Source: the human T2T-CHM13v2.0 reference genome, Homo sapiens
Strand: one strand, 5' to 3'
Length of the DNA: 64,000 bases
Assembly (NCBI RefSeq): GCF_009914755.1
Contig: NC_060926.1
Shown here: in pieces, positions 42,749 through 55,178 of the stretch
Position numbering within the stretch: the stretch's first letter is position 1
Layout of the letters: the number at the start of each line of letters is the position of its first letter
The notes under the pieces: generated by a model
The model's database searches: none
What the model was told of the DNA's origin: nothing
Seen by the model: only the letters and a program-made list of their open reading frames with translations
Made by a program: the position numbers and the translations under genes

Positions 42749-43549
42749 CAATGTTGAGCCAGGTGCAGTGGCTCTTGCCTGTAGTCCCAGCTACTCGGGA
42801 GGCCAAGGTGGGAGGATGGCTTCAGCCCAGGAATTTGAGCTCAACCTGGGCAACATAGCAAGACTTCGTATCAAAAAAAAAAAAAAAATGAAATAAAGAA
42901 ATTTTTTTAAGTGTGGCGTTGTTCATCAGGAACATTCTATGCAATGGCCCCTATAATTCTGATTTTTTTTTAGTGTTATTTTGCCACTGTTGTAAAATTT
43001 GCAGCTTCCAGACTCATAATTCCCATACATAAAAAGGAAGGTATAGCTGGAAAGCAGAGTACTTGGAACTTTAGAAATTAGGATCCCATTTTTACATTGC
43101 ATCTTGGGTCTCTTGGAGCTGAGATGGCTTTGACCCTGACATCTTGGCCTGCATGAAGAGAAGAAATAAAGAGGACTCTCAGTAAAAACCACTTACTGCC
43201 ATCAGTTACCTTAAAAACTGCCATTTTTTTGCCAATGGCTTGTCAGTCACTGTAGACCAAAAGACCATGTGTCCTGTAATAGCACAAACTAACCCTTGCT
43301 ATCCCATGGTCAAATGCCCTCTCACAGTGGAAACTAACTTTTGGTACCCCCCAAAAGGCAAAGAGATCAGGGCACCAAATGCAAAAGCGAGCAGAGCTCA
43401 GATCTGAGACGGACTTATGAGTCTTAGGGCTCCTTGGGCTCCTTGAGGAAGACAGAGGACACCCCTCCCACCGCCCCCTGCTCAAAGAGGTGAGTAGTAC
43501 CTTTTCTGTGTTCCTCATGGGGTCTCAGGTCATCAGCAGTCTCCTTCAG

Positions 43550-43567
43550 GTACCTTCGTGGTCACCA
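43550..43567 (-). other. Retroviral primer-binding site complementary to tRNA-Arg
   Basis: Minus strand TGGTGACCACGAAGGTAC, 4 nt from the LTR end; resembles the complement of the recalled tRNA-Arg(TCG) 3' end GTCCCTTCGTGGTCGCCA (16/18). Confidence 0.7.
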
Positions 43568-43571
43568 GATC

Positions 43572-44096
43572 TGTCAAAAGACAAATGTAAACACATTGAG
43601 TTGAAAGAAGTCAATTGGCTTTATTGTGATTCTAGAGTTGGACAATACTTCATTCCATAAAATAGAATAAGAGTTCCAATGAGCTGAACAGAGGTGGTTG
43701 GCTTTATAGCCAAAAAAGCGGGCCAAATAAAGCAGAAACAAAAAGCAAAAAGTGGATTGATCATTTCAAAGTTACTTTCTTTGTAAGGTGGGGACAGGGA
43801 AACAGAACAATAGAAAGATAACTAATTATTTAACATTGGGTTACTACATGTTACTCTTTGTTGTAGGGTTAAAACAGAGGGAACTTTATTAGCATGCTGA
43901 TTGGAGATTGAAACTGGCCTATTTGGATCATTAGGTTGTTATCTCTTTCTCTCCTGATTTCTTGGAAGGCTAGATAACAACTCAGTTTCCGGTTGGTGAG
44001 CATTGGTGATTGCATTCTAATTTTTAGTTTGGTCTACTGGAGCCTAGTGTAGGAGTTTAGTCCAAAACAATGGCCTCCTATAGTTTTTGTTTAGCA
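43572..44096 (-). mobile_element. 5' LTR of the provirus (MER67-like)
   Basis: Minus strand TGCTAAACAAAAACTATAGGAGGCCATTGTTTTGGACTAA...TTTTGACA. Confidence 0.75.
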
Positions 44097-44287
44097 GTGG
44101 AGAGGACAAAAATAGTCTTGCTGTGGTTCTGAATCTTCAGAAATGTTCTTATTACCCGGTGGAATCAACTTAGGTGATTAGGTGACTCACCTCTGTTACC
44201 AGGTTGTGTGGACAAAGGACAAAATTTAGTGCAAGAACTGGCACATTTCTTGTTGCTAGTGGAAGGTGTCATGGGCCATTGAATATC

Positions 44288-44626
<339 letters not shown>

Positions 44627-44649
44627 TAAGACGGGGGTCTTCTACTTAA

Positions 44650-45220
44650 ACACTGCACATGTGGACAAGATGCCCATGAGAGTGTTCATGGCAAGCATTG
44701 TTTGAAATAGAAAAATAATGAATATGACCTAAATAGTCATCAAAAGAAGAATAGATATATCATTTGTGATAACTTCATATGGTGGAATAATATACAGTTG
44801 TGAAAATGAACTAGAGTTTGTATTGAATATGGATAAACATGAAAAAATATAAATAGGAAGTTGAGTTTTAAAAAAAGCAGCATTCATAATGATTTGCCAA
44901 ATTTACAAACATTCAAAATAATATCCACTGCTATGGATACATAAATGGGTAGCAAAAATGTGAGCACATGCATGAGAGTTATGATCATGACCTTGCTTTT
45001 CTCTGCAGAAACAGAAGAGGAGGGAGCAGGAAGGGAGCAGAAAGGAGGAACTGAGAAAATCACCATCTGTGATATTTTATTTCTTAGGGCAAGAAGATCT
45101 TAAAAAAAAGACAATGTCAGTGATAAAAAGTGGGTGATGAATACATAGGTAATTATATTATGCTTCTTTTCTGAATATTCTTAATTATTTTACAATAAAA
45201 TATATTAAAAATAAAATGAA
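44650..45220 (+). mobile_element. Old L1M 3' end fragment
   Basis: GTGTTCATGGCAAGCATTGTTTGAAATAG...GGAATAATATACAG motifs, A-rich 3' end. Confidence 0.6.
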
Positions 45221-45639
45221 GAAACAGAACCACAAAAATAAGTTAGAGGCAAGGAAAGGGTTTCAGAGGGTATAGAGTCCGCTTTGAAGAAACTTGGCTG
45301 TGAATAAAAGGAAAGAAATAAGAAAATGGTTAGGGGTAGCATGATTTATGAAAAGTTTGTTTGTTTTTTGGCTTTTTTCCCCTTTAATATGGCAAAGACT
45401 TAAGTATCTCATTAAATTCCAGGGAAGAAGCCAGTTGAGATTTTTTAAAAAATCTTGAAACACAAACTTGGACATTGGAGCCTTAGCTTTCAGAATCCTC
45501 CCTGAAAGAAGAAAAATACATGTTTTTCTCCCCCACTATATTGTCACTTCCTCGAGGAAGGACAAGGGCTCATGTATTCTGTTTATCTGCATGCCTGGAG
45601 CCTAACCCAAGTAAGTGCACCATGCATGTATGTGTAGAC

Positions 45640-45790
45640 AGATGGACGAAGTGATGATGGATGGATGGGTGAATGAATATGAGTGATGGGTGGATGGATG
45701 GATGAAGGGATAATGGGTGGGTGGGTGGATGGATGGCTGGATAGATGGATGGGTGAATGAATGAATGAAGGATGCAGGGGTGAAGGATGA
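45640..45790. repeat. Degenerate (GGAT/GAAT)n microsatellite
   Basis: Directly visible. Confidence 0.85.
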
Positions 45791-45831
45791 AAAGGTGTAG
45801 GCTAAGTATTAGCATAATGTGTGCATCAGAG

Positions 45832-45848
45832 TGGCCACTAGGTGGCAG
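45832..45848 (+). promoter_or_regulatory. CTCF binding motif
   Basis: TGGCCACTAGGTGGCAG matches the CTCF core consensus CCACnAGGTGGCAG. Confidence 0.7.
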
Positions 45849-45924
45849 ATGTGACAGTCAATGATTATTCTTTCGGAGAAATCAGTTCAGATGGTTAGCT
45901 ACAAGATAATGGACCACAGTTATA

Positions 45925-46100
45925 GTTTTTCTTTCTTATTTTCTTCTTTGTTTACTTTCTTTTTTTATATTGAGATTGGATCTCACTCTGTCAGTCACAT
46001 TGGAGTGCAGTGGCTCAATCATGGCTCACTGCAGCCTCGATCTCCCAGGTTCCTGAGTAGCTGGGACCATAGGTGTGCACCACCATGCTTGGCTAAAACT
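45925..46100 (-). mobile_element. Partial AluJ (right arm)
   Basis: GATCTCACTCTGTC...GGAGTGCAGTGGCTCAATCATGGCTCACTGCAGCCTCG. Confidence 0.8.
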
Positions 46101-46245
46101 TTTCTCTTAAGTGAACTTATGTAAGTGGAATATGCCCAATATTTGAAGTGGGAATTTGGACTATCCTGTTAGCTATGGATTTTTCACTCAAATATCAGTA
46201 GGTCAACTTAGTGTTTCCTGGAGAAGGAGCTTTTGGGCCAAAAAC

Positions 46246-46290
46246 AAAGAAAGAAAGGAAGAAGGAAAGAAAGGAAGAAGGAAAGAAGGA

Positions 46291-46358
<68 letters not shown>

Positions 46359-46431
46359 GAAAGAAAGAGGGAGGGAAGGAAGGAAAGAGAGAGAAAGAAA
46401 AAAGAAAGAAAGAAAAAGAAAGAAAGAAAGG
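46246..46431. repeat. (GAAA)n / polypurine tract
   Basis: About 185 bp of only A/G on + strand, with a long perfect (GAAA)n core. Confidence 0.95.
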
Positions 46432-47966
46432 CAGTTGCATTGACTCGTTGTTTAAAAAGGGACTGAGCACATGTGTCCATATTTTCTCTTGCCTGAAATC
46501 CCACTGAAATGATGGCAAAAGTATGATTCTACAAGGACACAGAGAATGGAAAAGGAAACAAAAGTGCTATTATAACCACTTTCTTAAATGGATTGTACTT
46601 AATAAATAACAGGCAGGAAACAACCTGGTCATCTTTAAATTTTCTCTGTCAGATTTCCTTTCTTCCATGCTAGGATAATATCTTGTGCAGAGTCTAAGGC
46701 TTTTCTGGGCACTTTTGGAGGTTAGAATAGTATCATTTTGGGGTATTGAAAAGTACACTCTAATATAATCTTCCATCTTTTATCTAATTTACATCTTCTC
46801 CCACTTTCTAGCTTGGGTCTGATCCTGAATTCTGCCGGATGGAAGTGGGGGTTCATGGTCTATTCTTTTTGTTTCCATCATAACCCTTCTTTCTCTATTC
46901 ACCAACTGATGCTTCTATGCCCCCCTTAGTATTATGCCCAAGGAGAGCAGGGATTAGAAGAGAAAAAGACAGTCCTATATTATTGGGCAGTTGTACCTGA
47001 CATTGGTACCTCTGTGTGGCAGGTGCTCCAATGCTGACCGTTTCTGCTGGGGGTGCTTTTGCGTAGTTATTTTTTGCTCAGTCTCCCGTGGGACTTTTGA
47101 CTTCACACTGTTCTCTCCATACTTCACTTGGTGAAACCCCATGCAGCTGAGCTTTCATGATTTCCCCTAATTCTCTTCCCAAGTACTCTTGATGCAAGCT
47201 CATTCTGTTGAGCCAGAACTCTTGGGTGGAAACTCAAGCTCATTATTACTTTCCTGGTTTCTTATTTAGTTCTTGGAAAAACTCATGAATCTCTGTCCAT
47301 TTCAATGACGAAAGTTCAGACCATTCCCACTGCAGTCCCTTCTTTGTTCTACACAAGCATCTCCAGGCAGCCTCAGGTGATTGGAAGGCACTAATCCTTC
47401 TGCCCTACCACCCATCTGACCCCCTAAATCCAGAGGACATGGGTCTAGATCTCCCAAGAATACTCTTTCCCCACTCTCTGCTCAAGTAGAAGCACAGAAC
47501 AAGTCTACACATTTCTGCAGCTCAGCAGCAGCTGACTGGGGACTGAGATGTTGGTCTCCACTCCTGGCAAGTAACTGAGTGTCTTGAGTGTGCACCATGA
47601 AGCCTCCCCTTGCTTGACCCAAGAGGTGGAGAGAAACTTCTGCTTTAAATGTTCATATGCCCACATATGACGCTCTTGGAAAAAAAAAATCCTAACTCAC
47701 TCTAAAGAGTCTCTAGCCTTTTTATGGATTTTTCTTTCTTCAGACATGGACTAAAGTTGGGAGGTGGGCTACGGGCACAAGACTTATTTTACCGTAAATG
47801 CATGGTATGTTAGTCCTTCATGAATGTCTAGCATCTTCTTTTGGAATACGGGCATACATGGCATTCTAGGCTTTGAGCCTCAGACACAACTCCAAATTTA
47901 TGAAAAACCTCACTTAAAAGCTTGTTATACTATAATTAAAGATAATTATTAATTATAATTAGTAAT

Positions 47967-48348
47967 TGTATTAGTTCATTCTCATGCTGCTATGAAGAAA
48001 TACCCAAGACTTGGTAATTTATAAAGGAAAGAGGTTTAATTGACTCACAGTTCCAGAGGGCTGGGGAGGCCTCAGGAATCTTACAATCATGGCAGAAGGG
48101 GAAGCAAACACATTCTTCTTCATATGGCAGCAGCAAGGAGAATTGCAGAGTGAAGTGGGGGGGAAAGCCCCTTATAAAACTATCTTGCAAGAACTTGCAA
48201 GAACTCACTCACTATCATGAGAACAGCACAGAAGTAACCACCCCCATGATTCAATTACCCCCCACTGGGTCCCTCCCACAACATGTGGAGATTATAGGAA
48301 CTACAATTCAAGATGAGATTTGGGTGGGGACACAGCCAAACCACATCA
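47967..48348 (-). mobile_element. THE1 MaLR solo LTR
   Basis: TGTATTAGTTCATTCTCATGCTGCT...CAGCCAAACCACATCA; 5-bp TSD GTAAT/GTAAC. Confidence 0.9.
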
Positions 48349-48359
48349 GTAACAATTAG

Positions 48360-48810
48360 AGAAAAAAAAAAGGGGCTCTTGGAAATTAAAAAGTGATAGC
48401 TGAAATTTAAAAATTCAGCAGAAGAGTTGGAAATAGAATGAAGAAAATGTCCAGGAGGTCAGATATCCTAGTATAAAACAGTAGGGGAGAGGATTTTCAC
48501 AGAAATAATAAAGCAGTGTCATGATTGAAAAGATCCTCCCAATGCCATGCATAAGAAATGGAAAAATGATCTACACAAAGGCACAGACATTTCAGAACAT
48601 TAGAGATAAAGAGAAGAAACTAAGATTTTTACAGAGAGAATGATCACATCACCTAACAAAGAAATGAGAATCAGAGTGGCATGATTTCTTAAGAGTAACA
48701 CTGGAAGTTGGAACAAAATTGAGCAATGCTTCAAAGTTCTAGAAAAATTATTTTTAAACCAGAACTTATACTCTAGGAAGCCTTTAATCAACGAGAAGGA
48801 TATAGTAAAA
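48360..48810 (+). mobile_element. Ancient L1/HAL1 ORF1-region remnant
   Basis: GAATCAGAGTGGCATGATTTCT...GCAATGCTTCAAAGTTCTAG...CCAGAACTTATACTCTAG motifs. Confidence 0.5.
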
Positions 48811-48816
48811 ATATAT

Positions 48817-49118
<302 letters not shown>

Positions 49119-49134
49119 AAAAATATATTTAAAT

Positions 49135-50310
49135 ATGCATTTCTGTGGGGTCCCTGGTGATATCCCCCTTATCATTTCTGATTGTGTCTATTTGATTCTT
49201 CTCTCTTTTCTTATTTATTAGTCTAGCTAGCAGTCTAGCTCTTTTATTAATTTTTGGCAAAAAAACAGGCTCCTGGATTTGTTGATTTTCTGAAAGGTTT
49301 TTTCACATCTCTATCTCCTTCAGTTCCCCTCTGATCTTGGTTATTTCTTGTCTTCTGCTAGCTTTGAGATTTGTTTGCTCTTAGTTCTCTAGCTCTTGTG
49401 ATGTTAGGTTGTTGACTTGAGTCTTTCTAGCTTTTTGATGTAGACATTTCAGTGCTATAAATTTTCCTCTTAACACCACTTTAGCTGCATCCCGGAGATC
49501 CTGGTATGTTGTCTCTTTATTCTCGTTAGTTTCAAATATCTTCTTGATTTCTTAATTTAATTTAATCTAATTTAAAGTTCTAGGATACATGTGTAGGATG
49601 TGCAGGTTTGTTACATAGGTAAACATGTGCCATGGTGGTTTACTGCACCTATTAACCCATCACCTAGGTATTAAGCCCTTCATGCATTAGCTATTTATCC
49701 TGATGTTCTCCCTCCCCTCACCCCTCCAACAGTCCCCAGTGTGTGTTGTTCCCCTCCTGTCTCCATGTATTCTCATTAGAACTTCTTGATTTCTGTCTTA
49801 ATTTTATTATTTGCCCAGGAGTCATTCAGGAACAGGTTGTTCAATTTCCATGTAGTTGTGTGGTTTTGAATGAGTTTCTTTATCTTGAGTTCTAACTTGA
49901 TTGCTCTGTGATCTGGGAGACTGTTATGATTTCTGTTCTTTTGAATTTGCTTTTGAATTTGCTGAGGAGCTTTTTACATAATTATGTGATCAATTTTAGA
50001 GTAAGTGTCATGTGGCGATAAGAAGAATGTATATTCTGTTGTTTTGAGGTGGAGAGTTCTGTAGATATATATCAGGTCCACTTGATCCAGAGGTGAGTTC
50101 AGGTCCTGAATATCTTTGTTAATTTTCTATCTTGATCACCTGTCTAATGTTCTCAGTAGGATGTTAAAATCCCCCACTATTATTGAGTGGGAGTCTAAGT
50201 CTCTTTGTGGGTCTCTAAAAACTTGCTTTGTGAATCTGGGTGCTCCTGTATTGGGTGTATATATATTTAGGAAAATTAGCTCTTCTTGGTGAATTGAACT
50301 CTTTACCATA
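49135..50310 (-). mobile_element. Primate L1 ORF2 fragment (endonuclease-proximal region)
   Basis: Typical L1P antisense sequence (GTCATTCAGGAACAGGTTGTTCAATTTCCATGTAGTTG; AAGAATGTATATTCTGTTG...GGTGGAGAGTTCTGTAGAT). Confidence 0.88.
49553..49780 (-). mobile_element. Short 5'-truncated L1PA 3' end nested in the older L1
   Basis: AAGTTCTAGGATACATGTG...GCAGGTTTGTTACATAGG; TSD CTTCTTGATTTCT. Confidence 0.85.
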
Positions 50311-53149
50311 AAAGTGTAGTTGCTAGTTGTCTAGGCCATGTCCATTCTTTCTTGCCTCTTTTCTAGAAGAACTTGTTAGGCACAAAAATATGCTCAGTTA
50401 AAGTCTACATTTCCCATGCTTTCATGCAGACTAGGAATAGACATGTGACCCATTCTGAAAAATAAAATGTAAGTGGATGACTTTGAGGAAAAGTCCTTCA
50501 AAGGGAGTAAGATTAACATACATATTGTTTGCCATTTTCCATTCTTGTCTTCCTGCCTGGAAAAGTGACATGAAGCTTGAGTCGGAGCAGCATCTTTTCC
50601 CATTTCTTTGCAAGTTCTTGTTGACCTGTATGTATTATCCTGAATTTCATGACTTTCCACTTTTGAGGTCTGTTAACTAACTTTGAAACCTTTCCCTGCT
50701 TGAAGATAATACATTCCCTCTTTGATCAATGCTGTTGACTTCATGTGTCTTATTGGTGTTTGCCTCCCCAGTGCCCAGCGCAGTAGGTTCTGAATTACAG
50801 GCCTTTGAATGAGTACATGAACCAAAGAGTGAACAAACACTATCCTCATCTATCGGCTTCCTAGACACCTCCAACTTCTTTCAAGGCTTTAGCACTTGAT
50901 TTATTGTGTCTTTTCCTCACCATCATTTGCTCACAGCTTCCATGACTTCAACGCCCACAAGATCCTTATAATTCCTTGACCTCAATGTGCCGTGGCTTCT
51001 CTTAAGGGGATAAACTAAATGATTCCCAAGTTCTGTTTCTCCTTTCTGCATCCTTATTTTCCTCTCCCATAATTTTTTGTTGCCTCTCACGAGGGCAATT
51101 GCAATATCTTCCAGTAATTCCCTCACCCGCTATGGCACTGCAACCAGGTATATCACCTGAACAACACAGCTTTCTGGCTTAAAACCCTATTTATTAAAAA
51201 TTGTCTGTGCACTTTACATCTCTCCTTCACAATCTGATCCCAACATACCTTCCTCTCCAACCTCTCACAGCCAACCCAGGCTTCTTACATCTCCTCACAC
51301 CCACTTGGAACTTTCCCAGCTCTTTGCAATAGTTTGTATATTTTCTCCACCTAGAATTGCGCTTGCATTCTCTCAAGCCCACAGCCATTAATCTCGCCCA
51401 ATTGAAAGACCAACTCTCATGTCACTTTCTCCCATGAAGCATTCCCCAGTGATTTAAGCAGAATTAATCCCTGGAGCTGCTATGACTGCAAAAATACTTT
51501 GCAAGTATGTCTATTATAGCATTTATTAGAACAGTTAATACTGTATATGGCTACCTGCCCATGTACACTCACTGAAGAAGCTCCCTTTCTATTACCTTCA
51601 CAGACTTAGCACACAGTGCCAGGCATGTAGCACACTATCAAAAAACTGTTAGATGAACTGAATTGAGATTCAAGGAGCTATCCCTGACTGTGAGTTAAGT
51701 CTAGTGTATTCCGGAAATAGGAAAGGCAATGAATATCTACTCCCTTAGGAACACTGCCTCATAATTATTTTTAAAGTTTTCTATTTTATCAAAGAGCCTT
51801 AGAAATCACTCCTTTTCAAAGCTCCACCAAAGCATTATTTTCCTAATTAATTATTGTGGAGGGATAACTATTGCATAAATCAATTCCCAACTTAGTTTGA
51901 TCATGATCACTAACGAAATAGATTGGAGATCTGGAGACCCAAAGAGAATGTTTTCAGATGAATAATATATTTTATTTGTCAGCAGTCCTCAGGCTCAATT
52001 TATGGTGAAATTAACTGAAAGTGGATTGCAAATAATTGTCAGTTCATTGTCAGTCTGCATTTCCAAGGCGCTGAATAGATAGAATGACGAAAGGTAATTT
52101 CGTTTTTCTTCGTAATTGCTTCTGGGTAATACCAGAGCCTTTGAAAGAGAGTGTGAGGCTGTGCATGTTGAAAATTGCAAAGAAAATGCAAAGCTTGAGT
52201 TGAATACCAAAAATTCTCCCTATGTCAGATGTGGTAGAATTAACATTTCTAGGATTCTTTGCAGTCTATTCCGCTAAAATTATCTACAACAGATAACATG
52301 GTTTTGGACTTAAGATATGAAAAACACTATTTTACGTGTCAATGGTGATAGTTAGAATGGTGATCTGACTCTCAGTAGTTTTATGGTAATTTCTGAAAGG
52401 GGTTAAAAAAATACAATTTCTTTCACATAATATGAGGAGTCAGTGGAAGGTTTTTTAGCTACTTAAAATCACCAGAGAAGAAAGTAATCAATAGCCAATG
52501 AAGACGAATGAGGTTTCAAAGACAGGTGAAGAAAGTGAGCAGGTAATGGTGGTGGAAGAAACAAGCATTCATGAAAAACAAAAGTAAAAGAACAACCTCA
52601 GCTTTCTGTCATTTCTTTATATTTATTCTAAAATTAATTAAGATAAAGGAGGTTACTGTGTGACATAATGCCACAAATCACTAACTAGTAGGGATTACCT
52701 ATGCACCGTGTTGTAACTCTTCAGATTAACATAGTATCTTGACTTGCTAATACCGTTCACCTCACAAAAGGGTCCCATGGTTCAAATAAATTTGGGAATG
52801 TTGCATGTAATTTCCCCCTCTTAGATAATCATAGTGCACATTAACATAGGAAACTCTATGAAAAGTCCTGCAATAGGAAAACTGTGTAACTTTGTCTGAA
52901 CAAATATTTCCCAAGCATATTTTACTGCAGTTTCTAATCAATGCCTCATGGACCACTGTCTGAGCAATGGTCCACTGGAAGATCGAGCTGGCTGGTTCTG
53001 CAGAAGAGTCTTGGTCTAGATGTTGTCCATTCTTAGAGTTATGTCTGGGGGAGGTATATGGGCACTATCCTGTGTGTATGTCAGACACTGACTCAGTGGT
53101 ACTGGTGTCTTGAACAGAAGAGACAGGAAAAGCGAAGAGAGAAGTCATG

Positions 53150-53538
53150 GTTTAAGTTTATTCTTGCACTGCGATGAAGAAATACCTAAAACTGGGTAAT
53201 TTATAAACAAAAGAGGTTTCATTGGCTCACGGTTCTGCAGGCTGTAGAGGAAGCATGGCTGGGGAGCCTTCAGGAAACGTACAATCATGGCAGAAGACAA
53301 AGGGGAGGCAGGCACATCTTCAAATGGCCAGAACAGGAGGAAGAGAGAGAGTGGGGAGTGGGGAGGTGCCACACACTTTTAAACAACCAGATTTCATGAG
53401 GACTGTATCAGGGGAACAGAACCAAAGGGGGAAATCTGCCCCCAGGATCTAATCGCCTCCTGCCAGGCCCCACCTCCAACACTGGCGATTACAATTTGAC
53501 ATGCGGTTTGGGTGGGGACACAAATCCAAAGCATATCG
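53150..53538 (-). mobile_element. MSTA-like MaLR solo LTR
   Basis: GAAATACCTAAAACTGGGTAATTTATA...GGGTGGGGACACAAATCCAAA. Confidence 0.85.
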
Positions 53539-55178
53539 TGGTCTATATGAAATGAGTGCATACCCTAAATGCAAATTGGAAAATAAAGTATTGCTACAGA
53601 GACACACTCAGTTGCTAACTCAGCTAGTAAAAAAAGTACTTGAACATTCGTTCTTTTCAGAGTAATCTATGACATGTCTCCTGCTTGGAAGCCCCTCCAT
53701 AGGTCTCAGAGATGAGTGCAATGTCTTTATCATGGGCTACAAGTAGGTGCCCTCTCTGGCCCATGCCTGTTTCACACCACAGCCCCCCGGTCACCTCCTG
53801 TGATCAACCTCTCTGGTGTTCTCTCAGATCCCACATCTCAGACCAGGCCCTCTTATGGAACACTGTAACTTTTCTTGATAGCACTCACTGCAAATGATTA
53901 ATGCTATGTAGAACATTGGTTAACATTGTATTGAAGTATAACATATTCTCTACAAAGTGCCTAACCTTGAAAAACTTTTACTTGTGGATAAATCTGAGGA
54001 GCTACCACCCTGATCAAGTCGTGGAACATTTCTAGCATCCCAGAAGGCTCTGTTCCTGCTGTTTAAGCCACTTAGTTTGTGGTACTCAAACACCTAGTTA
54101 GTAGTTAGGGGTGTTCTCGCCACCACCACCTCCACCTCAGTGATGCAGGTGACCTGCCAAGGAAGCCAGAACATTTCCCAGCAGAGCTGTGCCATGCCCC
54201 ACGTGGAAGGAAGTCTGTGGGGGCAATGGAGCTGTGGGTCTGGCAGCCCTGCTATAACACCAGAATGAGCTAGCCACCAGTGACAATGTTTGCGGGCTGT
54301 GGTGGCACCTAGCACGCTACACCCACATTCAGAACATGGCAGAGGCAGCTTCCCTTTTCTGCTTGCCAAACTTCACACAGATCGTCTTGTCAGCCCAAGC
54401 AGAACCACCCAGGGAAGGGGATTCTGCTAAACATAGTTCCCATTTAGCTAAGTCGCCACTGTACCAACCACCACAGGGGCATCGTTTCTGCAGAGAAGCT
54501 CTTTCAATGTCTTGCGTGGGGAGCATACAGCAGGCTCCTGGTGCCCTGGTCAAAGACGGGAGACAGGATGGGGCTCTGGCCATGCGTACGTGGACCTCTA
54601 CTAATCTTCAGTTTGGGGCACAGAGCCTCATCCATTGCCTCTACTCTGACACATGTTCCAGAGTTGGGATTCTGGCCCTCTCAGGGTCTCCAGAGAACAA
54701 TTCTCTGGTTACTTGTGAGAATCAGGGGGTTGGTGATGCAACTGTAAAGGATGGGATTGAGCCGGGATGGGTCCAGTGGCTCTAACAGAGGCTTTCAGAC
54801 TACCTCCCTGTTTTCAGCTTTGCCTGAGCCTTAACTCCTGCTCTCCAAGCTACCTGTGCCTCAGCCCTGAAGTGGTCAGAGTTCTAAGCGGTGAATCGCT
54901 CTCTGCCATTACCCCCACTGGGCTCCAGGGTGTCTCTACATTCTCTCCTCTACAATGCCAGACACCAGTTCTCCATCTCTTTTTCCACTTCTAGAAATTT
55001 GTTGACATTTTTCACTTGCTGTTGCTAATTTTTATCCACTGTGGTCTTTTCGCTTGTTCTCATTGTCCTTGCAGGTTAAAGATACATATATATTTTTAAT
55101 TATTTTCCTCACACTTCAGTTGTGTCTCAGAAGGAAGTCAATGCATACACCCAACCTACCATTTTAAACACAAGACTT

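Noticed and set aside
46156-46518. KERKKERK / FFLSFFLS ORFs
   Set aside because: Translations of the (GAAA)n tract.
54336-54785. 149-aa + strand intergenic ORF
   Set aside because: No domain similarity, promoter or splice structure visible; length is within chance expectation.
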